A DNA stretch of 64,000 nt from Gordius albopunctatus. Lineage: Eukaryota. This document shows positions 54,301 through 64,000 of this stretch, piece after piece. How positions within the stretch are numbered: position 1 is the stretch's first letter; each line of letters begins with the position of its first letter. A program made the position numbers and the translations under genes. Where the stretch lies: the NCBI GenBank assembly GCA_964276515.1, contig OZ193910.1:8308001-8372000 (forward strand), in the 5' to 3' direction. The notes beneath the pieces were generated by a model. It was not told the origin of the DNA. It ran no database searches and was given only the letters and a program-made list of their open reading frames with translations.

Positions 54301-57300
54301 GGTTTCTCAAATTGGCTTACTTTAATATATTTTTTCAAGCTCCTTTACATAAAATAACAAAAAATATATTTTTTCAGGATAAAATAATTCACAATTTTTT
54401 CCTTTCAACCATATTCAACTGATGAAAGTTGTTATTTTCAGACGTGATTTCCATGATAAAAAGTCAAAATTTATCAGAATTAGAGAACTATTACTTTTAA
54501 ATCATCATCGCATAGAGCATGTTTCAAAAATTAAGCACTAACGTTGCGATACAACTAATCGCAACAATATAACGTTGTCTTTTCTCAAAATGATTGTTCT
54601 CGCAGCTTAAAACTTCTTATAAGGAGTCGATCGAGATTAATAGGATTCTCAAATGAGCTTACTTTTATATATTTTTTCAAGCTCTTTTACATAAAATAAC
54701 AAAAAATATATTTTTCAGGTTTAAATAATTCACAATTTTTTCCTTTCAACCATATTCAACCGATGAAAGTTGTTATTTTCAGACGTGATTTCCATGATAA
54801 AAAGTTAAAATTTATCAGAATTAGAGAACTATTACTTTTAAATCATCATCGCATAGAGCATGTTTCAAAAATTAAGCACTAACGTTGCGATACAACTAAC
54901 TAATCGCAACAATATAACGTTGTCTTTTCTCAAAATGATTGTTCTCGCAGCTTAAAACTTCTTATAAGGAGTCGATCGAGATTAATAGGATTCTCAAATC
55001 AGCTTACTTTTATATATTTTTTCAAGCTCTTTTACATAAAATAACAAAAAATATATTGTTCAGGTTAAAATAATTCACAATTTTTTCCTTTCGGCCATAT
55101 TCAACCGATGAAAGTTGTTATTTTCAGACGTGATTTCCATGATAAAAAGTTAAAATTTATCAGAATTAGAGAACCATTACTTTTAAATCATCATCGCATA
55201 GAGCATGTTTCAAAAATTAACCACTAACGTTGCGATACAACTAACTAATCGCAACAAAATAACGTTGTCTTTTCTCAAAATGATTGTTCTCGCAGCTTAA
55301 AACTTCTTTCTTAAGTCAATCGAGCATAAAAGGTTTCTCAAATTGGCTTACTTTTATATATTTTTTCAAGCTCTTTTACATAAAATAACAAAAAATATAT
55401 TGTTCAGGTTAAAATAATTCACAATTTTTTCCTTTCAACCATATTCAACCGATGAAAGTTGTTATTTTCAGACGTGATTTCCATGATAAAAAGTTAAAAT
55501 TTATCAGAATTAGAGAACCATTACTTTTAAATCATCATCGCATAGAGCATGTTTCAAAAATTAAGCACTAACGTTGCGATACAACTAACTAATCGCAACA
55601 ATATAACGTTGTATTTTCTCAAAATGATTGTTCTCGCAGCTTAAAACTTCTTTCTGAAGTCAATCGAGGATAAAAGGTTTCTCAAATCAGCTTACTTTTA
55701 TATATTTTTTCAAGCTCTTTTACATAAAATAACAAAAAATATATTTTTCAGGTTTAAATAATTCACAATTTTTTCCTTTCAACCATATTCAACCGATGAA
55801 AGTTGTTATTTTCAGACGTGATTTCCATGATAAAAAGTTAAAATTTATCAGAATTAGAGAACTATTACTTTTAAATCATCATCGCATAGAGCATGTTTCA
55901 AAAATTAAGCACTAACGTTGCGATACAACTAACTAATCGCAACAATATAACGTTGTCTTTTCTCAAAATGATTGTTCTCGCAACTTAAAACTTCTTATAA
56001 GGAGTCGATCGAGATTAATAGGATTCTCAAATCAGCTTACTTTTATATATTTTTTCAAGCTCTTTTACATAAAATAACAAAAAATATATTGTTCAGGTTA
56101 AAATAATTCACAATTTTTTCCTTTCGGCCATATTCAACCGATGAAAGTTGTTATTTTCAGACGTGATTTCCATGATAAAAAGTTAAAATTTATCAGAATT
56201 AGAGAACCATTACTTTTAAATCATCATCGCATAGAGCATGTTTCAAAAATTAAGCACTAACGTTGCGATACAACTAACTAATCGCAACAAAATAACGTTG
56301 TCTTTTCTCAAAATGATTGTTCTCGCAGCTTAAAACTTCTTTCTTAAGTCAATCGAGCATAAAAGGTTTCTCAAATTGGCTTACTTTAATATATTTTTTC
56401 AAGCTCTTTTACATAAAATAACAAAAAATATATTTTTTCAGGATAAAATAATTCACAATTTTTTCCTTTCAACCATATTCAACTGATGAAAGTTGTTATT
56501 TTCAGACGTGATTTCCATGATAAAAAGTTAAAATTTATCAGAATTAGAGAACCATTACTTTTAAATCATCATCGCATAGAGCATGTTTCAAAAATTAAGC
56601 ACTAACGTTGCGATACAACGAACTAATCGCAACAATATAACGTTGTCTTTTCTCAAAATGATTGTTCTCGCAGCTTAAAACTTCTTATAAGGAGTCGATC
56701 GAGATTAATAGGATTCTCAAATAAGCTTACTTTTATATATTTTTTCAAGCTCTTTTACATAAAATAACAAAAAATATATTGTTCAGGTTAAAATAATTCA
56801 CAATTTTTTCCTTTCGGCCATATTCAACCGATGAAAGTTGTTATTTTCAGACGTGATTTCCATGATAAAAAGTTAAAATTTATCAGAATTAGAGAACCAT
56901 TACTTTTAAATCATCATCGCATAGAGCATGTTTCAAAAATTAAGCACTAACGTTGCGATACAACTAACTAATCGCAACAAAATAACGTTGTCTTTTCTCA
57001 AAATGATTGTTCTCGCAGCTTAAAACTTCTTTCTTAAGTCAATCGAGCATAAAAGGTTTCTCAAATTGGCTTACTTTAATATATTTTTTCAAGCTCTTTT
57101 ACATAAAATAACAAAAAATATATTTTTTCAGGATAAAATAATTCACAATTTTTTCCTTTCAACCATATTCAACTGATGAAAGTTGTTATTTTCAGACGTG
57201 ATTTCCATGATAAAAAGTTAAAATTTATCAGAATTAGAGAACCATTACTTTTAAATCATCATCGCATAGAGCATGTTTCAAAAATTAAGCACTAACGTTG

Positions 57301-58102
57301 CGATACAACGAACTAATCGCAACAATATAACGTTGTCTTTTCTCAAAATGATTGTTCTCGCAGCTTAAAACTTCTTATAAGGAGTCGATCGAGATTAATA
57401 GGATTCTCAAATAAGCTTACTTTTATATATTTTTTCAAGCTCTTTTACATAAAATAACAAAAAATATATTTTTCAGGTTAAAATAATTCACAATTTTTTC
57501 CTTTCAACCATATTCAACCGATGAAAGTTGTTATTTTCAGACGTGATTTCCATGATAAAAAGTTAAAATTTATCAGAATTAGAGAACCATTACTTTTAAA
57601 TCATCATCGCATAGAGCATGTTTCAAAAATTAAGCACTAACGTTGCGATACAACTAACTAATCGCAACAATATAACGTTGTCTTTTCTCAAAATGATTGT
57701 TCTCGCAGCTTAAAACTTCTTATAAGGAGTCGATCGAGATTAATAGGATTCTCAAATCAGCTTACTTTTATATATTTTTTCAAGCTCTTTTACATAAAAT
57801 AACAAAAAATATATTGTTCAGGTTAAAATAATTCACAATTTTTTCCTTTCGGCCATATTCAACCGATGAAAGTTGTTATTTTCAGACGTGATTTCCATGA
57901 TAAAAAGTCAAAATTTATCAGAATTAGAGAACTGTTACTTTTAAATCATCATCGCATAGAGCATGTTTCAAAAATTAAGCACTAACGTTGCGATACAACG
58001 AACTAATCGCAACAATATAACGTTGTCTTTTCTCAAAATGATTGTTCTCGCAGCTTAAAACTTCTTATAAGGAGTCGATCGAGATTAATAGGATTCTCAA
58101 AT
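51400..58102 (+). repeat. Partial paralog of 21447-28839, lacking one 690-bp dimer
   Basis: Markers at offset +29,953: 21688/51641, 22522/52475, 25268/55221, 26030/55983. The offset becomes +29,263 after the missing dimer. Confidence 0.85.
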
Positions 58103-58103
58103 G

Positions 58104-61100
58104 AGCTTACTTTTATATATTTTTTCAAGCTCTTTTACATAAAATAACAAAAAATATATTGTTCAGGTTAAAATAATTCACAATTTTTTCCTTTCGGCCA
58201 TATTCAACCGATGAAAGTTGTTATTTTCAGACGTGATTTCCATGATAAAAAGTCAAAATTTATCAGAATTAGAGAACTGTTACTTTTAAATCATCATCGC
58301 ATAGAGCATGTTTCAAAAATTAAGCACTAACGTTGCGATACAACTAACTAATCGCAACAATATAACGTTGTCTTTTCTCAAAATGATTGTTCTCGCAGCT
58401 TAAAACTTCTTTCTAAAGTCAATCGAGCATAAAAGGTTTCTCAAATTGGCTTACTTTAATATATTTTTTCAAGCTCTTTTACATAAAATAACAAAAAATA
58501 TATTTTTTCAGGATAAAATAATTCACAATTTTTTCCTTTCAACCATATTCAACCGATGAAAGTTGTTATTTTCAGACGTGATTTCCATGATAAAAAGTTA
58601 AAATTTATCAGAATTAGAGAACTATTACTTTTAAATCATCATCGCATAGAGCATGTTTCAAAAATTAAGCACTCACGTTGCGATACAACAAACTAATCGC
58701 AACAAGATAACGTTGTCTTTTCGCAAAATGATAGTTCTCGCAGCTTGAAACATCTTATAAGGAGTCGATCGAGAATAATAGGATTCTCAAATTAGCTTAC
58801 TTTTATATATTTTATCAAGCTCTTTTACATAAAATAACAAAAAATATATTTTTTAGGTTAAAATAACTCAATTTTTTCCTTTCAACCATATTCAACCGAT
58901 AAAAGTTGTTATTTTCAGACGTGATTTCCATGATAAAAAGTTAAAATTTATCAGAATTAGAGAACCATTACTTTTAAATCATCATCGCATAGAGCATGTT
59001 TCAAAAATTAAGCACTAACGTTGCGATACAACTAACTAATCGCAACAATATAACGTTGTATTTTCTCAAAATGATTGTTCTCGCAGCTTAAAACTTCTTT
59101 CTGAAGTCAATCGAGGATAAAAGGTTTCTCAAATCAGCTTACTTTTATATATTTTTTCAAGCTCTTTTACATAAAATAACAAAAAATATATTTTTCAGGT
59201 TAAAATAATTCACAATTTTTTCCTTTCAACCATATTCAACCGATGAAAGTTGTTATTTTCAGACGTTATTTCCATGATAAAAAGTTAAAATTTATCAGAA
59301 TTAGAGAACCATTACTTTTAAATCATCATCGCATAGAGCATGTTTCAAAAATTAAGCACTAACGTTGCGATACAACTAACTAATCGCAACAATATAACGT
59401 TGTCTTTTCTCAAAATGATTGTTCTCGCAGCTTAAAACTTCTTATAAGGAGTCGATCGAGATTAATAGGATTCTCAAATCAGCTTACTTTTATATATTTT
59501 TTCAAGCTCTTTTACATAAAATAACAAAAAATATATTGTTCAGGTTAAAATAATTCACAATTTTTTCCTTTCGGCCATATTCAACCGATGAAAGTTGTTA
59601 TTTTCAGACGTGATTTCCATGATAAAAAGTCAAAATTTATCAGAATTAGAGAACTGTTACTTTTAAATCATCATCGCATAGAGCATGTTTCAAAAATTAA
59701 GCACTAACGTTGCGATACAACAAACTAATCGCAACAAAATAACGTTGTCTTTTCTCAAAATGATTGTTCTCGCAGCTTAAAACTTCTTTCTTAAGTCAAT
59801 CGAGCATAAAAGGATTCTCAAATTGGCTTACTTTAATATATTTTTTCAAGCTCCTTTACATAAAATAACAAAAAATATATTTTTTCAGGATAAAATAATT
59901 CACAATTTTTTCCTTTCAACCATATTCAACTGATGAAAGTTGTTATTTTCAGACGTGATTTCCATGATAAAAAGTCAAAATTTATCAGAATTAGAGAACT
60001 ATTACTTTTAAATCATCATCGCATAGAGCATGTTTCAAAAATTAAGCACTAACGTTGCGATACAACTAATCGCAACAATATAACGTTGTCTTTTCTCAAA
60101 ATGATTGTTCTCGCAGCTTAAAACTTCTTATAAGGAGTCGATCGAGATTAATAGGATTCTCAAATGAGCTTACTTTTATATATTTTTTCAAGCTCTTTTA
60201 CATAAAATAACAAAAAATATATTGTTCATGTTAAAATAATTCACAATTTTTTCCTTTCAACCATATTCAACCGATGAAAGTTGTTATTTTCAGACGTGAT
60301 TTCCATGATAAAAAGTTAAAATTTATCAGAATTAGAGAACCATTACTTTTAAATCATCATCGCATAGAGCATGTTTCAAAAATTAAGCACTAACGTTGCG
60401 ATACAACTAACTAATCGCAACAATATAACGTTGTCTTTTCTCAAAATGATTGTTCTCGCAGCTTAAAACTTCTTATAAGGAGTCGATCGAGATTAATAGG
60501 ATTCTCAAATCAGCTTACTTTTATATATTTTATCAAGCTCTTTTACATAAAATAACAAAAAATATATTTTTTAGGTTAAAATAACTCAATTTTTTCCTTT
60601 CAACCATATTCAACCGATAAAAGTTGTTATTTTCAGACGTGATTTCCATGATAAAAAGTTAAAATTTATCAGAATTAGAGAACCATTACTTTTAAATCAT
60701 CATCGCATAGAGCATGTTTCAAAAATTAAGCACTAACGTTGCGATACAACAAACTAATCGCAACAAAATAACGTTGTCTTTTCTCAAAATGATTGTTCTC
60801 GCAGCTTAAAACTTCTTTCTTAAGTCAATCGAGCATAAAAGGATTCTCAAATTGGCTTACTTTAATATATTTTTTCAAGCTCCTTTACATAAAATAACAA
60901 AAAATATATTTTTTCAGGATAAAATAATTCACAATTTTTTCCTTTCAACCATATTCAACTGATGAAAGTTGTTATTTTCAGACGTGATTTCCATGATAAA
61001 AAGTCAAAATTTATCAGAATTAGAGAACTATTACTTTTAAATCATCATCGCATAGAGCATGTTTCAAAAATTAAGCACTAACGTTGCGATACAACTAATC

Positions 61101-64000
61101 GCAACAATATAACGTTGTCTTTTCTCAAAATGATTGTTCTCGCAGCTTAAAACTTCTTATAAGGAGTCGATCGAGATTAATAGGATTCTCAAATGAGCTT
61201 ACTTTTATATATTTTTTCAAGCTCTTTTACATAAAATAACAAAAAATATATTGTTCATGTTAAAATAATTCACAATTTTTTCCTTTCAACCATATTCAAC
61301 CGATGAAAGTTGTTATTTTCAGACGTGATTTCCATGATAAAAAGTTAAAATTTATCAGAATTAGAGAACTATTACTTTTAAATCATCATCGCATAGAGCA
61401 TGTTTCAAAAATTAAGCACTCACGTTGCGATACAACAAACTAATCGCAACAAGATAACGTTGTCTTTTCGCAAAATGATAGTTCTCGCAGCTTGAAACAT
61501 CTTATAAGGAGTCGATCGAGAATAATAGGATTCTCAAATTAGCTTACTTTTATATATTTTATCAAGCTCTTTTACATAAAATAACAAAAAATATATTTTT
61601 TAGGTTAAAATAACTCAATTTTTTCCTTTCAACCATATTCAACCGATAAAAGTTGTTATTTTCAGACGTGATTTCCATGATAAAAAGTTAAAATTTATCA
61701 GAATTAGAGAACCATTACTTTTAAATCATCATCGCATAGAGCATGTTTCAAAAATTAAGCACTAACGTTGCGATACAACTAACTAATCGCAACAATATAA
61801 CGTTGTATTTTCTCAAAATGATTGTTCTCGCAGCTTAAAACTTCTTTCTGAAGTCAATCGAGGATAAAAGGTTTCTCAAATCAGCTTACTTTTATATATT
61901 TTTTCAAGCTCTTTTACATAAAATAACAAAAAATATATTTTTCAGGTTAAAATAATTCACAATTTTTTCCTTTCAACCATATTCAACCGATGAAAGTTGT
62001 TATTTTCAGACGTTATTTCCATGATAAAAAGTTAAAATTTATCAGAATTAGAGAACCATTACTTTTAAATCATCATCGCATAGAGCATGTTTCAAAAATT
62101 AAGCACTAACGTTGCGATACAACTAACTAATCGCAACAATATAACGTTGTCTTTTCTCAAAATGATTGTTCTCGCAGCTTAAAACTTCTTATAAGGAGTC
62201 GATCGAGATTAATAGGATTCTCAAATCAGCTTACTTTTATATATTTTTTCAAGCTCTTTTACATAAAATAACAAAAAATATATTGTTCAGGTTAAAATAA
62301 TTCACAATTTTTTCCTTTCGGCCATATTCAACCGATGAAAGTTGTTATTTTCAGACGTGATTTCCATGATAAAAAGTCAAAATTTATCAGAATTAGAGAA
62401 CTGTTACTTTTAAATCATCATCGCATAGAGCATGTTTCAAAAATTAAGCACTAACGTTGCGATACAACAAACTAATCGCAACAAAATAACGTTGTCTTTT
62501 CTCAAAATGATTGTTCTCGCAGCTTAAAACTTCTTTCTTAAGTCAATCGAGCATAAAAGGTTTCTCAAATTGGCTTACTTTAATATATTTTTTCAAGCTC
62601 CTTTACATAAAATAACAAAAAATATATTTTTTCAGGATAAAATAATTCACAATTTTTTCCTTTCAACCATATTCAACTGATGAAAGTTGTTATTTTCAGA
62701 CGTGATTTCCATGATAAAAAGTCAAAATTTATCAGAATTAGAGAACTATTACTTTTAAATCATCATCGCATAGAGCATGTTTCAAAAATTAAGCACTAAC
62801 GTTGCGATACAACTAATCGCAACAATATAACGTTGTCTTTTCTCAAAATGATTGTTCTCGCAGCTTAAAACTTCTTATAAGGAGTCGATCGAGATTAATA
62901 GGATTCTCAAATGAGCTTACTTTTATATATTTTTTCAAGCTCTTTTACATAAAATAACAAAAAATATATTGTTCAGGTTAAAATAATTCACAATTTTTTC
63001 CTTTCAACCATATTCAACCGATGAAAGTTGTTATTTTCAGACGTGATTTCCATGATAAAAAGTCAAAATTTATCAGAATTAGAGAACTGTTACTTTTAAA
63101 TCATCATCGCATAGAGCATGTTTCAAAAATTAAGCACTAACGTTGCGATACAACAAACTAATCGCAACAAAATAACGTTGTCTTTTCTCAAAATGATTGT
63201 TCTCGCAGCTTAAAACTTCTTTCTTAAGTCAATCGAGCATAAAAGGTTTCTCAAATTGGCTTACTTTAATATATTTTTTCAAGCTCCTTTACATAAAATA
63301 ACAAAAAATATATTTTTTCAGGATAAAATAATTCACAATTTTTTCCTTTCAACCATATTCAACTGATGAAAGTTGTTATTTTCAGACGTGATTTCCATGA
63401 TAAAAAGTCAAAATTTATCAGAATTAGAGAACTATTACTTTTAAATCATCATCGCATAGAGCATGTTTCAAAAATTAAGCACTAACGTTGCGATACAACT
63501 AATCGCAACAATATAACGTTGTCTTTTCTCAAAATGATTGTTCTCGCAGCTTAAAACTTCTTATAAGGAGTCGATCGAGATTAATAGGATTCTCAAATGA
63601 GCTTACTTTTATATATTTTTTCAAGCTCTTTTACATAAAATAACAAAAAATATATTTTTCAGGTTTAAATAATTCACAATTTTTTCCTTTCAACCATATT
63701 CAACCGATGAAAGTTGTTATTTTCAGACGTGATTTCCATGATAAAAAGTTAAAATTTATCAGAATTAGAGAACTATTACTTTTAAATCATCATCGCATAG
63801 AGCATGTTTCAAAAATTAAGCACTAACGTTGCGATACAACTAACTAATCGCAACAATATAACGTTGTCTTTTCTCAAAATGATTGTTCTCGCAGCTTAAA
63901 ACTTCTTATAAGGAGTCGATCGAGATTAATAGGATTCTCAAATCAGCTTACTTTTATATATTTTTTCAAGCTCTTTTACATAAAATAACAAAAAATATAT
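58104..64000 (+). repeat. Paralog of 19207-25103
   Basis: Markers at offset +38,897: 19516/58413, 19775/58672, 19970/58867, 22522/61419. Confidence 0.85.

Larger units (their letters stand above)
1..64000. repeat. Satellite DNA array, ~345-bp AT-rich monomer, ~186 head-to-tail copies, continuing past both window edges
   Basis: The motif AATAATTCACAATTTTTTCCTTTC starts at 1, 346, 687, 1032, 1376 and so on, and the unit recurs to the end of the window with no unique insert or strand switch. Stop codons occur in all six frames within one monomer. Confidence 0.99.

Noticed and set aside
1..64000. CRISPR array or repeat-spacer system
   Set aside because: There are no unique spacers. The variable block has only a few homologous states, the period is 345 bp, and no cas genes are present.
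1..64000. Repeat-protein CDS (345 is divisible by 3)
   Set aside because: Stop codons occur in all six frames of the monomer, and frame-breaking 341, 343, 344 and 346-bp variants are common.

Overview
The whole 64-kb window is one uninterrupted, head-to-tail, single-orientation tandem array of an AT-rich satellite. The monomer is ~345 bp (variants 341-346 bp, ~28% GC by hand count of one monomer) and there are ~186 copies. I see no CDS, RNA gene, transposon, CRISPR array or unique sequence, and I cannot assign the satellite to a named family or organism. It looks like eukaryotic (peri)centromeric or heterochromatic satellite DNA, which is an inference. The information lies in the variant pattern: (i) two monomer subfamilies that differ in one ~45-bp block; (ii) nested higher-order repeats of 2, 5, 8 and 17 monomers; (iii) a near-perfect 15,491-bp (45-monomer) tandem duplication plus two further partial paralogous blocks; (iv) an island of older, diverged monomers carried inside that duplication; and (v) short conserved dyads in the monomer whose common variation falls in the loops. 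I found no evidence for a new gene-encoded system. Identity statements come from hand-checking diagnostic variants, not from a full alignment.
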